Shown here: positions 25,701-40,700 of the stretch, one piece after another | How the letters are laid out: each line of letters opens with the position of its first letter | Position numbering within the stretch: position 1 is the first letter of the stretch | Source of the DNA: Tubiluchus corallicola | Lineage: Eukaryota; Animalia; Priapulida | Length of the DNA: 64,000 nucleotides | Assembly: GCA_030141605.1 (NCBI GenBank) | Contig: JAQGDQ010000219.1 | Coordinates: forward strand, 124,001-188,000 | Reading direction: 5' to 3' | Made by a program: the position numbers and the translations under genes | Notes under the pieces: model-generated | The model's input: only the letters and a program-made list of their open reading frames with translations | What the model was told of the DNA's origin: nothing | Database searches by the model: none

Positions 25701-28700
25701 AATCTGGTAAACTATGCACAATGAGGATGTCTAATGAAGCAATGAAGAATTAACTGTTGTCATTAATGAATGATAACCTGGTATTGCTGTGTTTACAGTT
25801 TCAGTATTTTGTGCTTCGATTTACTTGATGCATATGCGCTTAATATGCAGTCTTAGATATGTTGCCATAGTGCAAAAAAAGTCCAAAAAATTCACTGAGA
25901 TCTACTAATCTGCAATTTATCATTGGAGACGTTTTTGTTTGACATATCTACCAGCCTTCTTCACATTTCAAGCACCAACGGGAAATGTCAACACTGATGA
26001 ATACTTGTAATACTGCAAAATCTTCAAAATGCACACAGCGAACTTTGAACAGCACTGTGTTTACCTCTTCAATAATCAATAGCTTGTGAGAAACTAGTTA
26101 AAGGAGCATGTAAATCTGGTCCTCTGCAGCTGTCGATATTCAGTCCAACGAATTCCAAATACTTGTCAATAGGCAGTAGCGGTTATTTGGAATTGACTTT
26201 TATTCAATAGTTTTCAAATTTTTGTATTGTATGTTACTGGGAAATGTGTGCATTAGTGGTTTTCAACCCCTCAAGGGAAGGAATTTAGTTTATCATTGGG
26301 ACCACAGACTAGTAGACTCAAATTACTATAATTCTATCTTCTGCAAGCTGCAGTTCTACAAAATGCACATGATCTACACACATTCTACAGGATATTACAC
26401 TCCTGAATGTCACTGACTAATTTAAAAACTATTTTTGTTTAAGTTTTAAAACCCATGCATATACATTTTATATTGTTAATAAATTTGTAAGGATCCATTA
26501 TAAAAATAATCCAAGTAAATATGCAGTGTACAATATAGAATCAAGTCACCTTGAAAAGGAGGGATGAAATTCTGACAATTTGCAAAAAGGATGCACTAGG
26601 CAATATAATGACAAAAATAATGGCAGTATGGCAAAAAGGCTGGACAATGATTTTGGAACATAGGGCAAAAAACAAAAAAGTTTGAGAACCACTGGCATAC
26701 ATTTTTTGAAAAACCTGTAAAGTAAGCATTATTGGAAGCAGTATGCTACATAGTATAGTGTTGGAAAGTATGATGTGCATGTACCTAAAAAGCAATTGCT
26801 GCTCTGAATTCATTTAATTCAGAATATGATTGTAAGCTTATAATGAAGTATCATTCCTGAGTAGGCAATTATTTTTCTTTTTACATCTGTTTTCAGAAAT
26901 CGTTCTCAGGATGGGTGTGTGGGTCTTGAACTTAATTTTATTCTAGAAAAAAGTGACAATAATTTTGCCATTCAAGACTGCCAGTTTGAATTCAGATGTT
27001 GAAAGCACATATGATTTAAATGTACAATAAATATATTTCTATTTTACAATAAAAACTTTGCACGTGTAACTATGATGCATGTGGTAATTGCATAAACATA
27101 CCATGACTAACATGACATCAGAGTAAGAATAATTGCACTAATGTGATATCAAAATTGCTATGTGATTTTCGAGGGCATTGGTATAGTTTTGTGACATCGC
27201 AAGTACCAAAGGTGCAATTACAGTATGGTACATCGAGCAAAATGTGATCTGTCATTGCCATTAAAAATTTATAGACTACTACTGATGTACTTGATAAGTT
27301 TGTGTTTATGTGTACGTTATATGAAAGATATGAATTTTTATAATAGAAGCACATTATTATTTTTTTTAAATTGCTTTTACCATTTACACTGAGATGCATG
27401 TAATAATCCCATGATTCCATATCATCACAAATTGAGTTAGGGCGCATAGTATGAATGTAATTTCAGTATGCAAGAAATGCTGAATGTTTTGCTTTTAATA
27501 TACTTGTGAGCTTTCGCAGCATGGAATTTTTGCTTTCTTTGCCATTCTGGTATCTTTGCCTCTCTTTAAACAGTTTTGTCATTCTTCTCTTCTGAATCCA
27601 AATTTTAATTAAAAATCTTTTATGTTAGGGTGCTTGAAGTTTCCCTAGCTAACAACTGCTTTTAATATAGGGATGGTGTTATTAATGCCTTGATCAACAA
27701 ATTTTAAAACTTTTTTTCACCTTTTTCTGTAATTACGATATTGTCACTTTTTATCATGTAAATGTTTATATCAGCCGGGTGTGTTAATCTAAACTGCTTA
27801 TAGCTTATTATAATTCTTAAAGCCACTTTACATCATCGCCCGCTGATCGATTAAGCTTTTATAAAATGGTCTTGGAATCCCCGGAACCCACGTAAGTGTA
27901 TGTGTTAAGCTACTTAATGCTAGCAATAATGACTCTCTTGGGACATCCCAGATACGTACTGATCATAACGAGGTCGCTTCTCATATTTGAAGACAAAGCA
28001 TTTAATCATAGGGAGTTTGACATTTTTGAAGAATCTGACTGTGTGGTTTGAGCGTAGTAAATATTGGTGATTGGTAGGGTTACGAATCCAAGTAGTTACG
28101 AATTAATTACATCGGGGGATATGCAAAGAAGACAGTGCTGAAAGTGTCTGTATAAAGGTAGTGGTATAGACTATAGAAGATAGAAGTGGTAAAATGGCAG
28201 TAAAAACAAAGACAGAATTATATGTCTAAGTACAAAAGATACGACAGTAAATAAGTTGAAGGAAAAAATCAACAGTAATAGTAGAGAGTTTGTTTTCCTC
28301 CATCTGATTTGAATTTCATACAAATTTATATGTGAAGACTATGCCTTTGGTGCACTGTTCTATGGTAAAAAACAGTTTGTTCACGTGATTCCGTAATAAC
28401 TGTATAACGTTAATAGCCCAAAAATTTTAAAACATTGGCTTCAAGTTAATACCAAAATTTGTCGTTGCCCATTTAAATACTTTGTAATAGTCATACCATG
28501 TACGGCCGTGTTTGGGTGTTAACGTTGGTTTTTACTTAAGCCTGTCCGTGTATATCCCGTTGAGTTGTTTTTCTTTGAAGCTGATCATCAGGCAGATTAA
28601 TTGTTGTACTTGCGTAATCATGGGCAGCATTGTAAAGTGCCAGTGACTTAAATTGTTTTCCGCTGATAAGCTTGATTGTTTCATTTAGATTTTGATGTTA

Positions 28701-31700
28701 CCTGTACTCTGTTCTACATAGGTGGTACTTTGGACCAGGAACAGTTGGGTTATTGGCTTTTCTGTTATAAAGTTATCATTTTACTTTAATTAGAATGACT
28801 GCAAACTTGCAAGAAAAGTGTAACATAAGTTATAGTAAGAAACCTTCTTTCACCAGCCAAAACGAGAAAAAAATTGTGTTAGTGAGGTTCGAAATTCTTG
28901 TATTTCTTAATCTATTTGTCTTTGGGGTAAAACATACTTAAGCTATTATCCTGATTGTTGCATACATTTACTTTTCACGCTATTTCATAATATCAGTATG
29001 ATTCAATAGTATGAAATTATAAAGTTTCAAGAAACAGATTCATAGTCCTCTTGTAATACTACAGTTTCTTTTGTTTGCTATAAAACATGCTCACACTTTT
29101 TATTGTTTACTTGGATCTTCCAAATAATCTTTATTTAATCTCTAATCCGTCTTTGGCTTGTTTGAGTAATAACAAGGTAACTGAGTAGTTACCGTATTGC
29201 GCTTTGTGCGCAGATACCGTTGTTGCTTGAATTGTTTGTGATTTCGAAGAAGCCAGGTCGACGCTTGGGGGCAGCAGCAGTCAGCAAGCAGAGATCACCT
29301 TAATGCCTCATCCCTGCTTGCTACGCCGATGTTGCCTGCTTAGCTACTGGCTTTGTTCACGATTCGAGTCCTACTAGCTTCAACCTCTTGGTAAAATCAA
29401 TATGGGGCTCTCTGTGGTGTAGAAAGCGTATTTGAATGATATCGTTATTAGCTTATCGACGTGTCAAATAATTTTCTAGATTCAGTAATAAAAATCAATT
29501 ACTATGATTGGTTGATTGTATCATCAGTTTATCCACTGACTGTTTAATATTGAGACTGACTAGATGTGACTGATTTCATTCCTCACCGATTGACTGACTG
29601 ACGATGAAAAGCCATTAATCCAGGTTATTTTCCGAAAATAGGTTGTATTTCATGTCTAATTTTTGGCTTTGGACATTTGAAAAAAAACTCTGGTGATGTA
29701 TTCTTTGCACTGTGAGAAGTGGCTTGTAGTCAATAAAAAGTAAACCGTTAAATTAAAAAAAGTTTTTCTGAAAAAAACCTAAAAACATGAATATAAAATA
29801 CTATAAAGAAATTCGAATTATTTCATAAAAAGCCTTATTGTCTCCGGGAACTGACAGAGGTTTATATTATATCTCGCGCACAAAAGGCTTGTATGCCGGA
29901 ATCCATTGATAGCCTGTAATCTACTGGAGATTACTTTAATATTAATCACCCTTAAGTTTTTAAATTGGAGCTGTTGTGGATGTAGGGTTTCTCCCTAAAG
30001 TCCCTCCTCCCAAAGCAATTTAAATCACATTTTGAGTGCATCAGTGAAATTTTGCAAAACTGTTCTTTACATTTTCTTATTTAACAGGTACTTAATTTAG
30101 TGTTTTATTTTAATATTTTTTTCATCTTTTGTGTGCATAGTAATAGCCGCGTAATAATGCATTTATTTAGTCTCGCAAAAAAGATCAGTTACCCCATTTG
30201 TGTAAGTAAAGTACATATAACTTTTATTGTGGTCAATAAACTAACTAACTGACTAACTAGCTACATCTTACTGGATAAAGAACAGTGTTTCGTTAATTAT
30301 GAATTTGATTATGGAGATCACATGTTTGTAATTCTTAAATTTTTGGATTAGTGTGCTACACTGAGGTGCTTCTAACTAAAGCACCCCAAAATTAGTTTAA
30401 ATTGCACTCCAATGAAACTGTGTGAAAATGTTCTTTCGATTTTACTGAATTTAGGTCAGTGGCTCTTAAATAATGGCCATAGAGATCACATATTAGGTAA
30501 TTTTAAGTATTGAAATTGGTACACTAGATAGGGGGTGCTCTAAAATTGGTACGCCCTTAAGCAATTTAAAACACCTTTTGACCACAACAATGAAACCCTG
30601 CATAAAAATATTCTTTCTGTCTTACTCAATATAGATCATTAATCTTAATAACGAATTTGGTCATGGAGATCACTTACTGGTCATCCTTCAATGTTCAAAT
30701 CGGTACACTATGCCCTAAGCCATAACACGCTACTGGTGTGTGTAAGAAGGACGGAATTTTGCTAAATATGGACTTGGTGAACACGTTTAGAAGTTGTGCA
30801 TCGTAATATAGGTATAGAATAGAATTGTAGATAAACATAGATAAGATAAGATAGAGAAATAGAGATAATCTAGAGAAAATAGAATTGTAGATGGCAGTTA
30901 ACCAAGCTAAATCGGGAAAGGTACCGGTTCTGATGCACTTAGATAGAGAAATAGAGTCAGTATAGAAAAAATAGAGTTGTAGATGGCAGTTAACCAAGCT
31001 AAATGCAAGAACGGTACCGGTCCTGGTGCACTTCCTGCTGAACTGTAAGCTGTGAGGTTCCGCAGGATTGGAGAGACTGTAACATTATTACATCTTGTGT
31101 AAATAACTACCGGGAATTAGTCTTCTTTCCCATGCAGGAAAAATCTAATTCGGTTAGAGAAACTTGCAGAACGCATTTATCCTGACAGTCAATGTGTTTT
31201 AACAGAGATGGCGACTTTAGATATGATTTTTTTTAAAACGAATACAGGAAAAGTACCGAGAACAACAACGTTTATTTGTTGCTTAGTAAATCCCAGGAAG
31301 ACCTTCGATTTGGTTTCCTACATCAGACTGTAGGCTCTTTACTAAAGATTGGGTGTCCACCTTTGCTGCTGTCGCTTGTCAGATCTTTTCATACTAGGAT
31401 GTTGGCTATAATTATGACAACAACTCTGCTGATCCTTTTGAGTTCTGAGTGGGGCGAAGCAAGACTGTTTCTTTGTGCCAACTCTTTTTGGTGTATATTC
31501 TTTTCATATTTTCCTAAATTAGAGGAGCAGCACATAGAATGGAGATACTGTCCAGGTAACCAGAAGTAAAACAAGTATGTACTTCAAGCAAATTGTCAGT
31601 ATTTAGGACAATATGAAGAGCAATCATGAATATTGGTGTTCCATGAATGTTTTAACCAAGCGCCAGTAAGTCTGGCAATTCCGTGCAGTTAAATTCAGAC

Positions 31701-34700
31701 GGACCGCCTTTAAAATTACATGAGGGAAGCCAGCCACAGTTGTTTAAATGTTACTTGCATCTTATTTTGCTTCGTACATCATGACAGACAACTTTTCTGA
31801 CTAGTCTACAACATTGTTTATATCTAGCCTAACTTTGGTATTTGAAACTACCATTTAAAATCACGGAAGTAGTTTAAGAAAAGAGAGGGGCCATATTCCC
31901 ATAACATTTGATGCATTTGTGATACAAGAAATTACGGGTCAATTATTTCTAGGTACTTATTTGTTTCCAGACATAAATGTATGTAGTCACACAATAGGTT
32001 GATCGATAGTTACCTATTGAACATTTTCAGTTTGTCTGCCGACTGACGGAGCAAATTCAGTTTAGGCAAGTTGACTGTGTTGTTTACACTTGGCCTGGTG
32101 TTCTTGGCCTATATATATCTTGTTTGATCAGAGAGAATTCCACACTCCACTTGCAAAGCTTTGCAAAGAGGCCAAAGATGTGCTCGCTGTATGCAGATAG
32201 ATATTTTTCGGTTTCAAGTGTGGTGTCATGTATTCCACGAGCTTAATATGCATGGAGGGAGGTGGTGGGTTAGTCTGTGAGATACAGTAGGTGAGAGACC
32301 TAGAATTGCTGGGACGTGGGTATCTCCATTATTTTTGTGTGTCAACATCTAGTTCAGAGATCATGAGAAATTGGGCAAGAAAGAAAGAACATAGAAAAAA
32401 TAGAAAGCAGAAAAAGAAACATTTAAATAGATAAAAAATAAAAACGATAAAATTTACGATTAATGAATGTCTTGCTATGCCTGTGGTCTGATAGAGGTCA
32501 CCTTTATTCACTTATACAGTATATGTTCCAAGCTTTCGAGATTTTTATTATTTTCAGACTTTTACTAAGGGTTTGAAAACATCGTGTGTCCGGGTAACAA
32601 ACGTTTTCTCCGTGAAATACCTGAACACGATATTTTGTATGAGCGTCTCAAAGCTGACCGTAGGTGCGCCTTTGCTTACAGCTTTTTGTATGACGTTGTC
32701 CTCCGACAATATTGAAAAGCCCGTTTTGAAAAATTATTGTGATCTGGCGAAATCAACGGAACTCAACAAATTTGCTTTCATCCGTTAAATTTCAGCAGTT
32801 TCTTAGAAAGATCTATAAAAAGTTGAAGCCGCGCGCCTTAAAAACTCGCTGAATAGCTGATGAAGCATAAATGCTGCGTAGAAAAATCCCAACGATGAAT
32901 GACGTTTTCTCACTGAAGAAAATAAGTCAAAAATAGCGACAGTATAACGCCCACTTAATTCTAGCGACGTGGAAAAATTTATTACACTAACATTATGATA
33001 AATACTTAAATGTAAAAAATAATTTATATCGCTTAAGTGTCGCTCTGTATGCTTTACTAAGTACATTAGTTATATAAATAGCCTCCTAGAGGTGATAGGT
33101 TTGGACCCTGTCCTAAAATCGATGTACACGATAAAAAACATGCACTTTGGTGTTTTTTGGTCACAGCATGTAATATTCATCTGCTTATTGGTATTTGTTT
33201 AATAATGCTGTAAAGTGAACGATAAATTCTGGATTGAGTAAATCTAAACTGTTAGTAGACTTCCAGTTATCTGTTTATTTTATGTGGGTTTCAGTGTTAT
33301 TTTAGCTGATGTTGATTTACACTTGTCTATAAATTTAGTCTCACTTTCTTTGAAATTTCCTTCGGTAGATAAACTGGGAAAACTTGATCGAACACTAATA
33401 CCTGATGAGGAAGATGGTATAAAATTGTTTGAAATTTTGAAGTTAAGATGCTAAAATGCGTTACAAGATTTTCTCAGCAAATTATGTATGCACCATCTCT
33501 TAAAGTACGAGCATGTAGTCAGAAACTGCCAAACAGGACGGAAGTGTCCAAATTAGAGATTTAGAGAGTAGTTAACCTATAAAATGACTGACGTAATTAC
33601 AAGGTAAACAGTTTTTTGGTCCCTTTCGCAGAGTTTTGTTTGTCGATTGCATTTCATGTCATTTCAAGGTAGTGTACTACTGGCACTTTTCTTGGGAGGG
33701 AAATCGTTTGCCTAGTGGAATGTTAAAATCTATATACATACATTTAAGCTGTGTGTGGTTGTCCAATTCCGGCTTGTGCGTTAGCGCACGGTGATTCGTT
33801 CTTTACGAGTATGGTAGAATACGTTTTATATTTGTCTCTTTTTGCAAAACTTGTTTGGAATTCAGTGATTTATTTTTATTATTTTATAACGTAAAAAACC
33901 GGCCAAGTTACGTTCACTTAAGCCGAGCCTCTTTGACCACTGCCATTGCACGGTGTGACATATTTTGCCTTATTCCTTGGTAATTAACGAGTTTGGAAAT
34001 AATAAATTGCGGGAGCTGCTGTTTCTGTTCACACTCTTATATAAATTTAAAATCTAAACCTTACTTAAATTTAAAAGTTTGCCTCAACTGTTCACCTTTT
34101 TAAGTATTTTTAGTACATTATAAAGCAAATAAGGTAAAAGCCGCTTCGTTTTTTTTGTATAAATCTTTTTACGAGCCTTGCTAAAGTTCCGTCTACTAAC
34201 TGGCTTCCAAGTATTGTGCTAACTAGTACATGTATACGTATAACCTGGAGCAAGTTCATTTCAACATTTTAGTAACGCTTTCACGCAGGGATTTGTACCT
34301 AATAACCTCCCTGGTTAAATGATCGCCTCAATAATAGCCCATAACTAGCTGATCCCCAGTAAAACGCTTCGATTTTGTTGATACTAAAGTGATAGTTAAG
34401 GCTTCTAAAGTACTCCTGAACTGTAACGCTTTACTTTATACAATCGATTCTGGCTTCCTCGGTACGTAGGCATGCAGTCATCGAGAAGCCTGATTTCTGC
34501 ATGGTCATTAACCATAGCTGTAGGAAGACATCAGGAACCTCAGATCAATAAATCTGATGACTGTAGTTTCCAGGCTTACCACGTGGGTGCTGGATATTGA
34601 GGCTGCTAGTACCTTCATCGAACGCAAATCTCAAAGAACATAGAATCACGGACTCTTGTTATTGTTAAAGTTATAAGCTTTGACTGCCTTTTCCCCCCTC

Positions 34701-37700
34701 CGTCAGTTAAATGCAAGTAAAAGAACGATGGCAGTTTAGCGAATCCACCTTGCTTTCATTCAAACATTTAAATTGAGCATAATTATTGACAAATCTGGCA
34801 CGCTGTTGATGATCATAAATGATTGGGTTGAGATCGCAAAAATGTTAACTGAGGTGAAATCATTCAAAACAAAGTGAGGGGTAATGAGAATTTTTGTTAA
34901 TTTAATAATTTTCGTAACTTGTGGTTGATTGTAATTATAATTGATATCTTATGGTTTATGATTTTGCTTTATCGATTTTTCTTTAGGGCTTCTGTCTGTT
35001 TTATCTGAAACGTCGTGTTCTTTCTGGTTGTTCGTTGATTTTTTTTAATTTATCACTTGACAGTTTAGACAGGCTACTCTTGATCTAAAGAAATAGTTAC
35101 AAACTTGAGGATATGTTTTTAAATGTTGACACTGACATGACGCTAATAACCATTGCCAAGTACAGAAACAAGAGCTGATTATCGACAGTACTAACAGCTC
35201 AATGAGTGTACTCTACAGTATATTCACTTTCGTTCAAGTGCCCGTTCAAAAACTGGCCCGTTCAAAAACCGTCGTAAATAATTACCTTTCAGCGAGAGAT
35301 GTTACGAACTTACGGTACGTCGATTATCTGTTAATGTGCTAATAGCCGTGGCAGATAAGCGTGTCTGTCCGATCCACCAAGTTCTTCTCATCACTGGTTT
35401 GAAACCCTAGCGCTGGGATGACGGATGAGGCGACTTCATTCACGAAAAGATTTTAATGAACTAGCTACAAGTGATGCGTTTAGAGATTGCCCTGCTAATC
35501 CGAGTTGTCTTAACATTCGTCAACAGTTGATTAGGCTTTATCTTTGTGGATGTACAACAATATTTGCGTGTGTGATAGTATTTCATAGGCTTTTACTGTC
35601 TCATAATAATACGCTCAGGTTTGGTTTAATTAATTAGGTTAATTAATTTGTTATGAAAAACATGCTGAGTACGTGTTTACTATAATGTAATTATCGTTGA
35701 GAATTTTCGCGTTTCGAATATAGCTTCTGGATAGTGCTTGAATGGGTAATTGCTAGGTAATTGTATTTGGTCAACCCAGAAAGCTTGTTTTAATAAATTT
35801 GATGTAACATCAAGTAAATTGTAAACCTGGAGAGTATTTCGGACCTTTTTGAAGCTCTAGGTGCTAATAATGTCTGTCTTATCACAGTTCAAAAATTTCC
35901 CGTAGGGTATAGCAGTTTCGGCGTGGCATTCTCCGGTGCTCAGAGAAGTATGATCTGTTTTAATGAAATATGAACACTTAAACTAAGTGCCTGTTTTTTG
36001 TTAGTACTACCGGATTTCGTCATTATTATCACCGGCTTCGATAATATAAAACAGTTTAAAAGGCAAGCAAATTAGAGGCTTAACTCATAATATCGCTTTG
36101 ATTTTAAGCGGATTGAGTTTGTACTGTATTGACACGGCAGCGCGTAAACATCCAGGGCTATGCCCATTTTGCTATAGGATGGAGGAGGCTATGGTAAAAA
36201 TAGCTTCTTCTGACGCTTATATATTTTTCACGGACATCTCTTTCCGATGCAGATGTGCGCCTCTCGCCTTCTGTTTGGCGAATAATGCCTTATGATACAT
36301 TCAGTTAGTGTCAGTCGTGCATGACGAAGTAAAACGGCGAAAACGTTTTATGGACGTTTCTTATAATCCAATTGTTTTTTGTTTTTCTGTTGAGGCCCAC
36401 TTTCTCTTTTTTAATTAAGAAACGGACATGGCAATCTGCTTATTGATTGATTACTAGACTATAAAATTGGCTTGAATATATATTTTGTGGTACGATAATC
36501 ATGTATGAATGGTCACTGGCTTTCTATAAGACAAAAAAAGTCAGAAGACAAGATTTATTTATCGTCGCTTATTTAACAGACAACATGAGCAAGTAGCGGC
36601 TTGCACTTACAACAGTACAGGTAAGGACGCAACACACAAGTAACATGTAGGGTATATGCCCTGCAGTTGGCAGCCGCTAGTATCGAACTCAAGATTGCGT
36701 GGTTGCAGTCCTAAATCTAAACCACTTGCCAGACATCCAGGACCACCTAGGGCCTTTGCTAATTATTTTTGCTGGGTTGCTGTTGCCGCTTTCATCCCTA
36801 CGAACTTGCATTGTCATCACCTGCTGAGACTGCGGTAAAAACTAAATGTCCATACTAACAGTTGCTACATTTATGCCTTACTTGTGCAGTTTCTAATAAG
36901 CAGTTAATGTCCGCATTTAAAATATGCTCCGGAAAATTTTCACACAGTATTTTCGTTGAGCACGTTAGCTTGTCGAAATTAAACCTCTGGAGAGTCAACC
37001 AGTTACAGTTCAGATTGTCGGAGACCCTTTAACCTAATCTAAACAAAGTCGCACGTTTCTCGTTTGTGGTCAGCTTCACAAGTAAGCGGATGGCCTTAGC
37101 TTTCCTCTGTCTTTAGTGAAAGAATTGTACATCTACCCTGTCTATACATTTGATAACAAGACTGAAACAAGATTATTAACAAGCCCTTAAAACAATGACA
37201 TTTTTATTCCTGTTATTGTCTGAGCCCCAACTTCAGGTGCCTTCTTTATTACATTTGCGTATTATAGTTACAAATTCAATCTTAATAAGTTGATGCTTAA
37301 AACTGAATGCCTAACGAAGCAACAGTAAGGATAAAAAGTCACCGTTATGGGTTCTCTTAGATCATCGTTGCTCGTAGATAAAAAGCACACCAGCTTGGGT
37401 CAAAAAACATGGCCGACCTGGCGGGCACGTTTAAGTGAAAAACTGCATCAGCAACCTTGAAATCACACCAGCTTGGGTCAAAAAACATGGCCGACCTGGC
37501 GGACACGTTTAAGTAAAAAACTGCATCAGCAACTTTGAAATCACACCAGCTTGGGTCAAAAAACATGGCCGACCTGGCAGACACGTTTAAGCAAAAAACT
37601 GCATCAGCAACCTTGAAATCACACCAGCTTGGGTCAAAAAACATGGCCGGCCTGGCGGACACGTTTAAGTAAAAACTGCATCAGCAACCCTGAAATCACA

Positions 37701-40700
37701 CCAGCTTGGGTAAAAAAACATGGCCGACCTGGCGGGCACGTTTAAGTAAAAACTGCATCAGCAACCCTGAAATCACACCAGCTTGGGTCAAAAAACATGG
37801 CCGACCTGGCGGACACGTTTAAGTAAAAACTGCATCAGCAACCCTGAAATCACACCAGCTTGGGTCAAAAAACATGGCCGACCTGGCGGGCACGTTTAAG
37901 TGAAAAACTGCATCAGCAACCTTGAAATCACACCAGCTTGGGTAAAAAAACATGGCCGACCTGGCGGACACGTTTAAGTAAAAAACTGCATCAGCAACTT
38001 TGAAATCACACCAGCTTGGGTCAAAAAACATGGCCGACCTGGCAGACACGTTTAAGCAAAAAACTGCATCAGCAACCTTGAAATCACACCAGCTTGGGTA
38101 AAAAAAACATGGCCGGCCTGGCGGACACGTTTAAGTAAAAACTGCATCAGCAACCCTGAAATCACACCAGCTTGGGTCAAGAAACATGGCCAACCTGGCG
38201 GACACGTTTAAGTAAAAAACTGCACCAGCAACCTTGCATTAGGTAGTAACGAAGTTAAAAGAACATCCGTTAGGGCTTCTTGTTCTCTTACACTCACCTT
38301 AGTTATTACGAAGTCTTGGATTATGAAATTCATTTGACATGCACTACAGCAATGTGGGTAGTCAAAAGCAGGAATGTTGATTTATTTGAGATCATCGTTT
38401 GAATTTTATTGAAATTTTTTCGTGAAAGTAAAGCCGATAATGAACTGCTTGGTGTTTTTTCATTTGTGTTTTTGTGAAGATTTGCTGTTTCTACCTGCCT
38501 ATAGCTTGTGAAAATTTTTTTCTTTATGTTTGTTTAATTTCGATTTAGAGTTCCCTTGTGTTGCTGTATGTAAATGTGAACACATGGCATTAAAATTTCC
38601 TCTTGTGTTATAATCTGCAATCAGTTTGCTTGTAAAAATCTGCACTAATCAATTATTATCGCGTGCTAACGCTACCTCACTGTTTAGGCACAGACTTAGC
38701 TAGCCTAGCTGCATAGAATTTCTGTTATTTCTTCTTTGTTAAAGAACACCAGTGTATTATTAATTTATTATTATGTACGAAGGCTACCAACTGCAGGTAT
38801 TTGTTAGTCATTTAAACAAGCAAAATAGTGATCGTGCTCGCGTTAAAGAAGTCAGCTAATAGCTATAGAGCTAGATTACCAGCAAAGCCGCTTCACTCTT
38901 CAGCTTCCAGTTAAACTGGTCTTTGCACTATCAGCCCGGCCGGAAATACAACATCTCATGTACACCTTGCTCAAACAAGATCTGGCTCTATTCAATTGCA
39001 AATGAGTATAAATACACTTCTAAGCGTGAAGATTAAATCCAACATGCATAAGTTCAACAAGTCAATAGCTGTGACGCATTACTTTAATATTGCAACTTGG
39101 TTAACTTGAGTTACTAGTAATTTTGCTTCCAAAAGCATTTTGTTGCACGTCGATTGTGGGCGATTCTATAATAATAATAATAATAATAAAAAATACACTA
39201 TCATTTGTAAGAATCTCTGCGTTAACAAGCGGTCACCGGCAGTTACTATACTTCACCGGGTTTCGTGGCTTAACTGGACCATCCATTTATAAAAAAATAA
39301 ATGATATTAGATTGGCTGCACATGTAAAATTTGTATCTTCGAAGATACCATTTTTATCTAGAGATTACTAGAGTCTATGAACAAAACTGTGGCGAATGGT
39401 CACTTATCTTGCTATCAGAATATGTTTTGTTTAACTTTAAAAACGTGCCAGGAATCTGTCAGTCTGTGTTCACAATCCGTCCAATAATACGAATGCTATA
39501 GTCGTTTAGCATAAATTAGATTGAACCTGCAAGCTTTGTGTCCGGCGCCAAATAGATGAAATAGAACGGAAGGGAACAAAACAAAAAAAGTTGAACAGAA
39601 CAGAGCAAAACAGAATAAGCTAGAAATTGCAGATAAACTTGTTTCGAAGTCTATTTTTAACCAATAACAGTCGAATATCTTAAAGAGGTATTTTTAATTT
39701 ACATTTCATGATCAGCTGTTCACATCATCTAATTATATAACTCATCGAATCTCGTAACATTACAGTATATAAATTAAATATAATATCTGGTATATTACAC
39801 CATTATAATATTGTAAATATATAAAATTTTATATTTACAACAGTTATCTTATTAACGTTAATAATGTGAAAAGCTGTTCTTGGTACAACCAAGAGCAAAT
39901 GTACAAGTTTATCTAGTATTCTAATGCTGTCTACGCCTGCTTTTATCCAGTAGTGATTGCTTAAAGCTTATTAGTTGTTATCAGTCTAATTATTGATGTA
40001 TTAAAATGTCATTATAATCTTATAAATCATTTAAGATTAACACATATTCTACTTATTCGTAGGACGAAACTGTATGTAGTCTTTTGGAAAGTAGCAGATA
40101 AAATAAAGGGCTGGATTGACAAGTTACAACACAACGTTCTTTTTATGTAGATTGTTGGTTTTCTTGGGTAGCAAAACAAAATTTTCTACCTTGGTTCGTT
40201 TAATGTTTATCAACCGATTAAAGCAAAGATTATGACTAGAGGTGTGTTTAATCAGCTTCAGTAATAATTTTCACTTCATTAGGTCGCACTAATTAGCTCA
40301 GCAAGTTTGATTTTGACATTCATGACAGCTAAATGATATTAAAACCCGTGTCTGTAAAATTTACTTATGCGCGCGATTAATTAGCGCATTAATTTATTTA
40401 CCAGCCTTTACTCTGATCATAATTATTCATTTATTTGTGGTCAAATTTTGCTGCTTGGGTACATGCAAGCTGATGAGGCGTTGTTTTGCTGCCTGTATCC
40501 ACATACTCAGTGTTGAGTGTTGATTCGGCAGGAGTGAGGTCATGAAACTAGAGTCAATATGTTGGCTCTTCCCTTTGGCGGCGGTAGTCCCACTCTTATT
40601 TATTTGTTTCCGTAAGTTTGATGAGTTTGGTTATAGAAGAAAAACTGTGGAATCTGTTCCTTAAATATTCCCAGTGTTGAGTGTACTTTGAAAAATCTGT

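Noticed and set aside
34270-34640. Possible second LINE RT relic (FDFVD-like motif)
   Set aside because: Only one weak motif is present and I could not follow a collinear frame.
36669-36740. Functional tRNA-Cys gene on the minus strand
   Set aside because: A-box and B-box-like motifs and a GCA triplet are present, but the stems pair poorly. It is better explained as a SINE head.
37357-38236. CRISPR-like array, or repeat-protein ORFs at 37357-37662 and 37819-38049
   Set aside because: The units are contiguous with no unique spacers and there are no cas genes. The ORFs arise only because the unit is 26 codons long, and 77-bp units break the frame.
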